A stretch of DNA of 64,000 nt from assembly GCA_040756655.1 (NCBI GenBank), contig JBFLYN010000002.1, forward strand, positions 72,634 through 136,633, read 5' to 3'. This stretch comes from Bacillota bacterium. Lineage in GTDB: Bacteria > Bacillota > Sulfobacillia > UBA8153. The notes below the pieces were generated by a model. The model ran no database searches and was not told the DNA's origin. It saw only the letters and a list, made by a program, of their open reading frames with translations. The translations under genes and the position numbers were made by a program. The first letter of the stretch is position 1, and each line of letters opens with the position of its first letter. Positions 20,129-28,888 of this stretch are shown here, one piece after another.

Positions 20129-21052
20129 TCATTGTGTTCCGTTATGCTGCCCACACAGCTTTGCCAGCATTAGGAACGCACCCACGGCAATATTGTGGCC
20201 GGTACTACCCCCCATCCGGCTAAGTTTCTGCAATGCCTGGTTACACGGCCGTCCGCGCAACAACGACAGCACATAATCCCTGACCGGCTCGGGAGTTAGC
20301 CCCCTTTGGCCCATCTCCAGCATGTGGGCTCCCAGGGGTGTGGTCCTCTGCTTGATGTCCTCTGGGTAAGGCATAGCCCGGTACTTGCAGTTTTTGCTGC
20401 GTCTGTAGTAATGCAGGGCGATGAGCGCACCGTGAATGAGGTCATCGCCAGTTGGGGTAGATCCATCACCCAAGCCAGCCAACATCCCGCAACAAGCCTG
20501 GAAACCCATGCGGTCTGAGCGCAAAAGCGCATGCGTAAGCTGGGGAAAATAGGTCTTGATTTGCTCCCCGAAATAGCCTTGGGTGTCGTTGCTTCCCAGG
20601 AGTACAGAACAGGTATGTGACGCCGTCAGGTTCTTCAACTGGGTCGAAAATGAGGTTAGCGACGATAGCCAGCCTTCGCGGACCATAGTGACCTCGGCTG
20701 GCGGCGCAAAAGATACGTAGGGCTCACCGAGGGCAAGAATAAGTTCTTCTTTGCCACTGAGAAAGACCACGGAGTCAGGCAAGTACCAGCCGCGTGTCGT
20801 GGAGGTTAGGAAGGCTTTAACTTCCCAAAGCGTCGACAAGGAGAGTCCTACCGTCGCCGGACCACGGACTACGCCCGGGCCAGCAATCATGAGCAGGTGT
20901 GGCCAACCCTCAACCGCCAAGTTGGCTACCTGATCATGAACGGATACTACGCGAAATCTTGCCGGCTCCCTGTACTCTACAAGGTCAGCGGCAACCCATT
21001 CAGCTTTACGAAGACACCACACATTCGTTCTACCCTCTCCGTCATGAGCCAT
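20129..21052 (-). CDS. DUF2877/AllH-like hypothetical protein (a family usually paired with carbamate kinase-like genes)
   Basis: 307 aa, with a GSTPTGDDLIHGALIAL motif. The assignment is tentative and rests mostly on the adjacent carbamate-kinase remnant. Confidence 0.35.
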   Translation of the reverse strand: MAHDGEGRTNVWCLRKAEWVAADLVEYREPARFRVVSVHDQVANLAVEGWPHLLMIAGPGVVRGPATVGLSLSTLWEVKAFLTSTTRGWYLPDSVVFLSGKEELILALGEPYVSFAPPAEVTMVREGWLSSLTSFSTQLKNLTASHTCSVLLGSNDTQGYFGEQIKTYFPQLTHALLRSDRMGFQACCGMLAGLGDGSTPTGDDLIHGALIALHYYRRSKNCKYRAMPYPEDIKQRTTPLGAHMLEMGQRGLTPEPVRDYVLSLLRGRPCNQALQKLSRMGGSTGHNIAVGAFLMLAKLCGQHNGTQ

Positions 21053-21089
21053 TTTTGCCGGAGCAGCTCAACAGCGGGCCTCGCAGCGA

Positions 21090-21500
21090 CTACGGGGTAA
21101 TCGTGGTGCCATCCTTGCCTGCTACAGCATCCAGCATGCCATCAAGAGACGTTATGATCGATCTGTTCTCGGTGTCCCGGACAAACTCTATCGCCGCCTG
21201 GATCTTCGGCGCCAGGCTTCCTAAGCCAAAGTGGCCATCCTTCAGGTAGGTCTTTGTCTGATCGACAGTCGCACTCGTGAGATCCCTTTCGCCGGGTAGA
21301 CCGAAGTGTAACTTAACGTGCTTTACGTCCGTAAGGATCAGGAATAGGTTCACACCAAGGTCTCTGGCTAACCTGGAGCTGGCTAAATCCTTATCGATGA
21401 CAGCCTCTATGTCCATAGGTGCGTCCATCTCGCTGAACAACAGGTATACCGCCCCCGCCTGCTGCTATGACCACACCTCCACTTTCACAGCAATGGTAGA
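21090..21500 (-). pseudogene. arcC: Carbamate kinase remnant: C-terminal third only, with an internal frameshift
   Basis: The 116-aa ORF IEAVIDKDLASSRLARDLGVNLFLILTDV...GSLAPKIQAAIEFV matches the carbamate kinase C-terminus. Upstream in another frame is ...VVIAAGGGGIPVVQRDG (CK motif ASGGGGIPV). The N-terminal two-thirds are absent. Confidence 0.7.
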
Positions 21501-21529
21501 TCACCTCTAAGTTTACGATCTTTCGGGGA

Positions 21530-21759
21530 ATTGGGGAAGGAACAGCTTTGCGTCAACCACGCTTGCTGTCTTCTATCCATTTCTCCTTGCGTATCCGCGC
21601 TGACCCGCATCGATCTTTTGCTGCCGAATCCAGCTGCGGAGTGACTCAGGTGATACGCCCAAGTTCTTTGCCGTCTGGCTGATGCTCTTCACTCTCACGT
21701 ACCAAGCGGACAGCTTCCGTCCGGAACTTCAGCGGATATGGTCGTCTTGATCCTGGCAT
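21530..21759 (-). mobile_element. IS3-family OrfA (HTH transposase N-terminal) remnant, frameshifted. No OrfB/DDE domain is present.
   Basis: Reverse-complement translates to MPGSRRPYPLKFRTEAVRLVRESEEHQPDGKELGRIT*. After a shift it continues ...SLRSWIRQQKIDAGQ, the IS3/IS911 OrfA pattern. Confidence 0.5.
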
Positions 21760-21802
21760 TGGCAACAACCTATTCCCAAGTATGCCCAATTGGGAGTGTC
21801 CA

Positions 21803-21990
21803 CTAAACCGGGTTAGGCTCACGATGTTCCACGACCATAGTCGTCACCTGCTGATCGGCCAGCAGGTTCAACAACTGCGGACGATGCCCGTCCAAGCCCG
21901 AACCAATCTCGGTAACGGTTTGCGCCACCGCCATTCCACGGCCATTCGCAAACTCCAGAATGCGCATCACTTGCTTATTGCTGCATATTC
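21803..21990 (-). mobile_element. IS607-like serine-recombinase transposase remnant (catalytic domain C-terminal part only)
   Basis: KQVMRILEFANGRGMAVAQTVTEIGSGLDGHRPQLLNLLADQQVTTMVVEHRE aligns to IS607 TnpA EVFSDIGSGLNYRRKNFQKLLDMV...ILVTHRDRL. The N-terminal part, including the catalytic Ser, is replaced by tandem repeats. Confidence 0.5.
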
Positions 21991-22108
21991 CGACCGAAAG
22001 CGACCACTCATTCCGGAGCAAACCGACCACCGATTCCGGACGAAACCGACCAGTCATTCCGGACCAAAGCGACCACTGATTCCGGCGGAAGCCGACCACT
22101 CTTGGCGA
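21990..22108. repeat. 23-bp direct tandem repeat, ~4.5 copies (CGACCACTCATTCCGGAGCAAAC-like)
   Basis: Units start at 22001, 22024, 22047, 22070 and 22093 with exact 23-nt periodicity. There is a partial unit at 21990. The spurious ORF across this region translates to the repetitive peptide RNQWSLWSGMTGRFRPESVVGLLRNEWSL. Confidence 0.8.
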
Positions 22109-22257
22109 CTTGATAGGAATTGGTGGCCTGAATACTCCGGAATGATGCGCCTGACGACGCATGAGCGCGGTAACCCTGGATAACCTGGGAAATCAGAGGC
22201 TCTCATGCTGAAACCGTATGCAAAGCGGTAATGCATGCGGAGAGGGATGAGGGAGCT

Positions 22258-22410
22258 ATGGCTAACAGGAGGTTATCCATGCGCAAAGTCCGTGAGATGT
22301 TGCGGTTGGCTTGGAACATGAGCCTGAGCATCCGCCAGGTAGCACGCACTTGCGGCGTCTCTCACAGCACGGTAAGCGAGCTGTTACGTCAGGCCACGCA
22401 GGCGGGGCTA
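22258..22410 (+). mobile_element. IS21-family IstA transposase N-terminal (HTH) fragment, ~50-70 aa only
   Basis: MANRRLSMRKVREMLRLAWNMSLSIRQVARTCGVSHSTVSELLRQATQAGLSWLLPAEWDDAVLEDRLY matches the IstA N-terminus MLSMRKIREVLRL...LSxRQIA...SHSTV. It has a good RBS. The reading frame then runs into the convergent ABC ATPase gene. Confidence 0.5.
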
Positions 22411-23344
22411 TCTTGGCTGCTGCCCGCAGAGTGGGATGACGCCGTCCTGGAAGACCGGCTCTACCGGCAGCATCACCAAAGGATAGTGGAGACCCGCGGC
22501 CAGCAGGATCTCCTCAAGGCTCACCCGGTTCACTCTCAGGTCTGCGGCCCCGGTAGCCTGCAGGCGGGATAACCATTCCTGCGAGTAACACCCCGTAGTC
22601 CCGACAAAGCTCAGACCGTCAGTCTGCAGGCTACGGAAAAGCGGCCGTAACTCCTCGGGCGCACCCCGGACTCCATTTGCCCTCCGCCAGCGGTCAAGTA
22701 AGGACTCCTTGTCTGCGTGAACTGCGATGACGCCCTCTTGGAGTATGGCGACGTAGTCAGCGACCTGCTCGACGTCATGAATGATGTGGGAAGAGAAGAT
22801 GACGGTCCTTCCTTCGTCCCGGATCACTCCTGAGATCTGCTCAAGTAGTTCCCGCCGGACTAGCGGGTCGAGGCCAGAGGTCGGTTCGTCCAAGATCAGC
22901 AATCGTGGACGGTGGGAGAGAGCCATGACCAGGGCCAGCTTCATCCTCATGCCCTTGGACATCTGCCGTACCGTCTTCTTAGAAGAACCTCGCAAGGTAC
23001 TCCTGGTACAGCCGGGCGTCCCATGTAGGATAGTAAGAGCTGACCAGTCGCCCCAGCCCGGACGGGGTCATGTCCTCGTAGAAGTTCGGGGTTTCGCTAA
23101 CGTATCCCACGCGACGTTTGATCTCCAGCTCCTGCCCGGGCTGCTCGAGTCCCAGCACCTCAACCCGGCCAGCCTCGGGGTAAGTGAGGTTGAGCATGAT
23201 CCGGATGGTGGTAGACTTCCCGGCTCCATTGGGACCCACCAGTCCCAGTACGTAGCCCTGTTCGACCAGGAACTCATCCAGGCTTAGCGTGAAGGCTCCG
23301 TAGCGTTTGCGGACTCCTTCCATGCGCACTACAACCCTAGACAT
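22408..23344 (-). pseudogene. ABC transporter ATP-binding protein (YtrB-like, GntR-associated), split by a frameshift near 22980-22995
   Basis: The N-terminal half is ORF 22979..23344 (Walker A GPNGAGKST). The C-terminal half is ORF 22408..22995 (signature LSKGMRMKL, Walker B LLILDEPTSGLD, H-loop). The two are in different frames. No cognate permease lies downstream, where IS fragments sit instead. Confidence 0.7.
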
Positions 23345-23723
23345 GCATATATCCCCCCGCCTTCATGGCCTGCTCCAGGAGTGCACGCAACGACTCCGGC
23401 CCTACGCCCAGTCGGCGAGCCTGCTCCACCACAGCGGCCAGTTGAGCACCGATTTCCTCATGCGTCAGATCCCTGGGCGATCTGGATAGCTCGCTGACAA
23501 AGGTGCCTCGCCCAGGGCGTGTCACGATGTACCCGTCCCGCTCTAGCTCCTGGTAGGCGCGTTGAGTGGTGATCACGCTGGTTACCAGGTCGGCCGCGAG
23601 CTGGCGGATGGACGGCAAGGGGTCCCCGGGCGATACCTCCCCTCTGAGGATCGCAGCCCGTACTTGCTCGATGATCTGCTGGTAGAGGGGTTGCCGGTCG
23701 GAGCTATCCAGCACGATGAGCAT
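23337..23723 (-). CDS. GntR-family transcriptional regulator (YtrA-like short C-terminal type)
   Basis: 128 aa. The winged HTH PLPSIRQLAADLVTSVITTQRAYQELERDGYIVTRPGRGTFV is present. Confidence 0.85.
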   Translation of the reverse strand: MLIVLDSSDRQPLYQQIIEQVRAAILRGEVSPGDPLPSIRQLAADLVTSVITTQRAYQELERDGYIVTRPGRGTFVSELSRSPRDLTHEEIGAQLAAVVEQARRLGVGPESLRALLEQAMKAGGYMHV

Positions 23724-23737
23724 GCGTCCACCTCTCT

Positions 23738-23777
23738 AGACGATACTGTATATATCGTCTATATACACTATATAGTG
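23738..23777. promoter_or_regulatory. Nested palindromes, a candidate GntR/YtrA operator, 15-55 nt upstream of the gntR start
   Basis: AGACGATActgtataTATCGTCT, with inner GTATATAtcgtcTATATAC and an adjacent perfect CACTATATAGTG. All lie in the gntR / permease divergent intergenic region. Confidence 0.45.
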
Positions 23778-24344
23778 AAAACGTCGCCCTATCAACACGG
23801 GTCCGGCGGCTTTGCTTTCGGGACAACTCTGGACTGCGGCCGCCGGTGGCTAGCCGTCTTCCCACCTTAGTAGTACCAGCACGGTGCTGTAGCGGTCCTC
23901 CACGGCGGTGATCCGCCCGGTCGTACCTCAAGGCACCTACGTTATCACCAAGAGCAGGAGGTAGAGGTAGATGCAGGCATTTGGGGGCTCTCAAAGACGG
24001 CCTTCTCCCCGGCGTAAGGCGGCCATGCAGGCATCGAGGAGGGACCAGGAGGGATATTAGGGAAATCGTTCCCTGGTACGGGTGCCTCCAGGTAGGTCGC
24101 GTTCGGCTATCCTTCTGTCTGGCAGTGGTGGTGGCCGGGGGCGCTCCGGCGAAAGCCGTACCGCCACCGATGACCAGCAGTCGTACCCGGGACTCCGCAC
24201 CCTGGGGGCGGCATATACCCAAGGTCGCGCCACTAGCTACTAGCCAGGTGTGGAAGGTGTTCGTTCTATACTCGTAGAAAGGGTGCGGGACGAGGGGTCC
24301 TTCCTCAACAGCCCGTTCTGGGAGCAGCCAGTCAAAGAGAGAGG

Positions 24345-24881
24345 ATGCGACTGGACATGAAAAGTGCCGAACGAGTGCTGGCCCTCATTGCCGCCGGGCT
24401 GGCCATGCTGGCATACCTCCGGGGTGGATGGGGTCTTTGGTTTAAAGGCCTTACGAATACCGCCAACGCTCTTACCTCCGCAGCCTGGCTCTTGGTGCTG
24501 GCCTTCGCCATCAGCGGTCTCATGGAGGTACTGGTACCGCCCTCCACCATCCGCAAGTGGCTGGGTGGCGAGTCCGGGCTGCGTGGCATGACCATGGGTT
24601 GCCTGGTAGGAGCCCTGACCCCGGGCGGGCCGTACGTATACTACCCCATTGCCCTGGCCTTGTACCGGGCGGGAGCGGGCACGGGGACGCTGATGGCATA
24701 CATCGCTGGCAAGGCCATATGGGACCTCCCACGCCTGCCGTTGGAGATAGGCCTATTCGGTACGAGGTTTGCCGTCATCCGCCTGACCGTCACGCTCTTT
24801 GTGCCGCTGGCGGCCGGCCTGCTGGGGAACCGGTTCTTTGGAAACTTCCGTGCGCGCGCCAAGGAAGGTGGGGCGTCATGA
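24345..24881 (+). CDS. Predicted permease half-subunit (DUF318/ArsP_1-like), first of a tandem paralogous pair
   Basis: 178 aa, ~5 TM segments, with GxxxP motifs. It is a paralog of the next ORF (shared ...LTPGGPY.YYP / LLPFGPYIVFP motifs). Confidence 0.45.
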   Translation: MRLDMKSAERVLALIAAGLAMLAYLRGGWGLWFKGLTNTANALTSAAWLLVLAFAISGLMEVLVPPSTIRKWLGGESGLRGMTMGCLVGALTPGGPYVYYPIALALYRAGAGTGTLMAYIAGKAIWDLPRLPLEIGLFGTRFAVIRLTVTLFVPLAAGLLGNRFFGNFRARAKEGGAS

Positions 24882-25366
24882 CCCAGACCATAACCGTCCT
24901 TGCCGTAGTAGCTGCCATGCTAACGGTGGCGGCCCGGCTTCGCGGGCCGGGGCTGGCCACCCGGGGTTGGGTTACTGCGTTCCATTCGCTACGCCGGCAG
25001 CTGCCCCTGCTGATCATCGCCTTCACCCTTGCCGGGTACCTGGAGGCCGTCATTCCCCAGAGCTTCATCCGGTCATGGATGGGAGCCGGGGCCGGGATCC
25101 GTGGCATCCTGCTGGGTAGTGTGGCCGGAGGGCTCCTTCCCTTCGGACCCTACATCGTGTTCCCCATGGGGGCTACCCTGCAGGCCTCAGGAGCCGGCAC
25201 CGCTACCATGGTGGCCTTCGTAACCGGCTGGATGATGTGGAGCACAGGTAAACTGGCCTTTGAGTTTGCCACCCTGGGCCCGGGTTTCACGGCCCGCAGG
25301 ATGGCAGTGTACTTGGTATTCCCCCCACTGGCCGGGCTTTTGGCACTGCTATTCTTTGGCAATTGA
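24878..25366 (+). CDS. Predicted permease half-subunit (DUF318/ArsP_1-like), second of the pair
   Basis: ATG at 24878 overlaps the upstream stop (ATGA). MTQTITVLAVVAAML... is a membrane protein paralogous to 24345..24881. Confidence 0.45.
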   Translation: MTQTITVLAVVAAMLTVAARLRGPGLATRGWVTAFHSLRRQLPLLIIAFTLAGYLEAVIPQSFIRSWMGAGAGIRGILLGSVAGGLLPFGPYIVFPMGATLQASGAGTATMVAFVTGWMMWSTGKLAFEFATLGPGFTARRMAVYLVFPPLAGLLALLFFGN

Positions 25367-25374
25367 AACCAGGC

Positions 25375-26454
25375 CTAAATGACTATGAGTTCCCTGGGCG
25401 CGTGGGTGAGAAGCCGGCAGCCGTCCGCGGTAAGCACTATGTCGTCCTCGATGCGCACACCACCCCAGCCCTCCAGGTAGATACCGGGTTCCACGGTGAG
25501 GACGTGCCCAGGCCGCAGCTCTACCTTGGCTCCGGGTGCGGCCCGGGGCCCGTAGTTTAGCGAGTGCCCGAGGCCATGACCGAAGCATGAGCCGTAGCCA
25601 GCCGCCTCTATGTGCTGCCGGGCCACCCGGTCCAGTTCCTCTCCGGTTATCCCTGGCCTGGCTGCGGCCAGGGCCAGTTCCTGCGCCTTCTGCACCGCTT
25701 CGTACACTTCCCGGGCCTTCTCCGTAGCGTACCCCACGGCCACCGTGCGGGTAAGGTCAGAGGCGCAGCCATCCCAGACCGCCCCGTAATCCATCGTGAC
25801 CAGGTCTCCGGCTTTGATGGCCCGGCTGGAGGGCGTACCGTGACAGAAGGCGGCACGAGGCCCGGACACCACTATGGTGCCGAAAGAAAACCGCTCTACC
25901 CCATGGGATCGGATGAACCGCTCCAGTTCAGCCGCGACTTCCAGTTCGGTAACACCCGGTCGTATAACACTGAGAACGTGTTCAAAGGCGGCATCGTCAA
26001 TGGCTCCAGCCCGCTCGAAGGCTATGATCTCTTCTGAAGTCTTCACCGCCCTCAGGTCGGCCAGGAGATCGTCGGCGGGGACCAGCCATACCCCGGTGAA
26101 AGCTTCACTCAGCGCTTGGAAGTCGGCATGGCTCATGACCCGGGCCTCATACCCTACCCGTCTGAGCCTGGACTCTTGGACCAACCCGGCCGCGACGCTG
26201 GTCAGGCTCCTCCTGTCCTCCCCGCCCCAGCGCACGACCTGGCAACCCTGGGCTTGCTGTCTGGCCTCAGCTAGGTCGACGAAATGGGTGATCAGGTAGT
26301 TCTGGGCCCGGGTCACCAGGGCAACCCCCGCTACCCCGGTGGCCAGGAAGTACCGGCGGTGGTCGGCAGACTGCAGCAACAGGCCATCCAAGTGCTCGTC
26401 TTCTAGACTGGCCAGGAGCCGCTTGACTCGTTGTTCGTAGGGATGCACGCGCAC
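25375..26454 (-). CDS. M24-family Xaa-Pro aminopeptidase/dipeptidase
   Basis: The pita-bread fold metal ligands HGLGHSLNYGP and VLTVEPGIY...IEDDIV are present. Likely GTG start near 26454. The longer ORF start would overlap the convergent gene. Confidence 0.85.
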   Translation of the reverse strand: MRVHPYEQRVKRLLASLEDEHLDGLLLQSADHRRYFLATGVAGVALVTRAQNYLITHFVDLAEARQQAQGCQVVRWGGEDRRSLTSVAAGLVQESRLRRVGYEARVMSHADFQALSEAFTGVWLVPADDLLADLRAVKTSEEIIAFERAGAIDDAAFEHVLSVIRPGVTELEVAAELERFIRSHGVERFSFGTIVVSGPRAAFCHGTPSSRAIKAGDLVTMDYGAVWDGCASDLTRTVAVGYATEKAREVYEAVQKAQELALAAARPGITGEELDRVARQHIEAAGYGSCFGHGLGHSLNYGPRAAPGAKVELRPGHVLTVEPGIYLEGWGGVRIEDDIVLTADGCRLLTHAPRELIVI

Positions 26455-26545
26455 ACACCCTTTCTCCGAACGTCGCGGGGCCCTTTTTGTCCATTCGGGA
26501 ACACGATAGCGGCAACTCCAGGTGTCTACTACGCCGGCCGGGGAT

Positions 26546-27661
26546 CTATTCTCCCAGCAACTCGATGGTGCGGATGGTGTAGGCAGACTCCAGGATGTAC
26601 CAGGGATAGGGACGACCGTTTCGGGCAAACCCCGCGGCCACGGTCAGCAAGTACTCCCGGGCCGCCTCCTGTTGGCCGATGAGTGCTGCGGCGTAGGCCA
26701 CGAGGGCCCACGGAAAGAGGTCGGGTAGTTCACCCTGGTGCCAACGGGGGAAGTCACCGGCTATCCGGTTGTAAGCGGAGAGCGCCCGCTGGTCATCGGG
26801 GTCCATCAGCCCGTTGAGCAGCGGGTAGAGCTGGCTGACGTAGTCGGGATACCAGCGACCGGTCCGCACTCGCCTGCGGCCCAGCAGGCCGTCACTCCAG
26901 TAATATTCCTCATTGCCGGTGTCCCAAAGACGAGACTCCAACCCCTGTCTAACCAGATCGGCCCGGGTACCGGCCTCCTCAGCTGCCTCCGGCAACCCCA
27001 GGTGCTCCAGGAGCCATGCCCAGTCCCTCAGTCCCCGGTAGTTCTCTGCGTTATCCATGAGGTACTTTACCCGGTGCGTGGGTTTGGCCCACACCAGCCC
27101 GTCGCGGTCCTGGAGCCCGGTTATGACCGAGGCGATCATGTGGAGGGATGCCAGATTATCGCGGGCAAACCCGGCATCACCGGTGGCAACCACGTACTGG
27201 CGCACTAAGGACAAGAACGTAGCCGCGTAGGAGTCAGCGGAATCGTAGTTCATGGTCGGTTCCAGGACCCCTGCGCGCATCTGATAATCGTAGATGGTGC
27301 CCGAAAGCCCCCAACGGTCGGGGTCGTTAAGGTGGTCTAGGTACCAAAGAAGGTAGTCCTTGACCCGACCGGGAGCATACGGCAACAACGCCGCGGCAGC
27401 TAGGTTGGAAAAATAGGGTATAACCAGCTGGTGGTCCGGGGTTTGGGCGATGGCGCCGCCCGGCAGCTGTGATGACAACAGCCACTCTACTTCACCCTGG
27501 AGCATAGAGGAGGACGATTCCTCCCAACCGGCCCTGACTGCGACCAACATGGGCACCAGCGGAGCCGGTGTGGGCCCGGTTGGCCGCACACCGCTGAGCA
27601 GTATGGCTATTCCCAGGAATGCCCATAGATACCTGGAGGCTTTGGCTAATCGCGTTGGCAT
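26546..27661 (-). CDS. Secreted protein, possibly alpha/alpha-toroid (six-hairpin glycosidase-like)
   Basis: 371 aa with a signal peptide (MPTRLAKASRYLWAFLGIAILLSG). It is Trp/Tyr/Asp-rich and reminiscent of six-hairpin glycoside hydrolases. The family was not recognised confidently. Confidence 0.35.
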   Translation of the reverse strand: MPTRLAKASRYLWAFLGIAILLSGVRPTGPTPAPLVPMLVAVRAGWEESSSSMLQGEVEWLLSSQLPGGAIAQTPDHQLVIPYFSNLAAAALLPYAPGRVKDYLLWYLDHLNDPDRWGLSGTIYDYQMRAGVLEPTMNYDSADSYAATFLSLVRQYVVATGDAGFARDNLASLHMIASVITGLQDRDGLVWAKPTHRVKYLMDNAENYRGLRDWAWLLEHLGLPEAAEEAGTRADLVRQGLESRLWDTGNEEYYWSDGLLGRRRVRTGRWYPDYVSQLYPLLNGLMDPDDQRALSAYNRIAGDFPRWHQGELPDLFPWALVAYAAALIGQQEAAREYLLTVAAGFARNGRPYPWYILESAYTIRTIELLGE

Positions 27662-27708
27662 ACAGTTGTGTTTCGCCGCGTCCCGGTGAAACTCCTGGTA
27701 AACTCATT

Positions 27709-28632
27709 TTAAGTTGTAGCCACCCGGATCAGACCCCGGACGGCGTCATCGAGCCGGTTCGGGCTCAACAGCCGTTTCACCCACCGCTTGGGCAGAGCCT
27801 CAAACCCGTAATATGCCCCGACGAGGCCACCGGTGACCGCTCCGGTGGTGTCGGCGTCATCGCCCAGGTTAACTGCTGCCACGATGGCATCTTCCGGGGT
27901 GTCCCGGTGCAGAAAACACCAAACGCTCGCCTCAAAGCAGTCCAGCACGTACCCGCTGCCCCGGAGCTGGCCGTAGGAGAGGCGGCCAACTCCGTCCAGG
28001 CGGTCCTTGGCTTTTGGCATTACGGCCGGGTATCGTTCCCAGCCATGACTGAGGGCGGTCCGGTAGGCTTCCCAGCGATCAGGCATGTCTTCCACGCATG
28101 CACTCACTAGTGCGCAGTACGTCACCGACAGGAACTGGCACAACAGATCAGCGTGGGTCATGGCCGTGAGCCGGGCTGCCCACAGGTCCCGGCGGACCGT
28201 GTCGTTGGCATAGGCCAGGCCCACCGGCACTATGCGCATAAGCCCGCCGTTGCCCGCAGCTTTGGGACGGAACCGGTCTTCGGTGATGGCTCCCGCCTGC
28301 TCCCAACTACCCGTGGTGAGGTAGAGCGCCAGGGCCGAACGCACGGTGGTTCCAATATCCGGAGGGTGTGAGCGGTACCACTGGATGAACCGTTTCCCCA
28401 CGTGCGGCTCCGGGTTCAAAGGATCTTCGCCAATGCCCAGGGCGGTAGCCAGCATCATCTCGGTATCGTCGGTAAACTCGCCCGGTTGCAGCTTCAGCCA
28501 CCCGCCGCCTGTGATCTCCGTGTGGAGGCCGTGCTTCCGCGCGACCTCGTCCCTGGACATAAACTCCACCGTGGCCCCCAAAGCATCTCCGGCGGCCAGT
28601 CCCCAGACGCTCCCCTTGATGGTATCCGCCAT
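27709..28632 (-). CDS. ADP-ribosylglycohydrolase family protein (DraG-like)
   Basis: MADTIKGSVWGLAAGDALGATVEF...TDDTEMMLATA is the ADP-ribosylglycohydrolase signature. The start is at the internal Met of the 351-aa ORF. Confidence 0.8.
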   Translation of the reverse strand: MADTIKGSVWGLAAGDALGATVEFMSRDEVARKHGLHTEITGGGWLKLQPGEFTDDTEMMLATALGIGEDPLNPEPHVGKRFIQWYRSHPPDIGTTVRSALALYLTTGSWEQAGAITEDRFRPKAAGNGGLMRIVPVGLAYANDTVRRDLWAARLTAMTHADLLCQFLSVTYCALVSACVEDMPDRWEAYRTALSHGWERYPAVMPKAKDRLDGVGRLSYGQLRGSGYVLDCFEASVWCFLHRDTPEDAIVAAVNLGDDADTTGAVTGGLVGAYYGFEALPKRWVKRLLSPNRLDDAVRGLIRVATT

Positions 28633-28888
28633 ATCGCGTGCCACGGGTACCCACCTCCGGGAAGGCCATTCGCCACATCCTGCGCTAAACCTCCTATGGG
28701 CGCGGGGTGCTGGTCCACAGTGTAGGAAGACCGCTACAGAGGTAGAAGTCCTTGGACATGGCAAATTCCCGGAGGCATTTGTAGATTACCTGGAAACACA
28801 GTTTGTCGAGCCACGACTAGAGTGAGCTGACGCCCGGCAAGGCTCAGCTCAGAGCCAAGTACCAGAGCCGGGACCCGCAGCAGGGAGG

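Noticed and set aside
21990-22108. Tandem repeats as a CRISPR array
   Set aside because: The units are directly abutting 23-mers with no unique spacers, and there are no cas genes. The period and structure are wrong for CRISPR.
23704-24222. 172-aa ORF on the minus strand in the gntR-permease intergenic region
   Set aside because: Low-complexity Arg/Pro/Gly-rich translation, no RBS, and it overlaps the operator region. It is most likely non-coding leader sequence.
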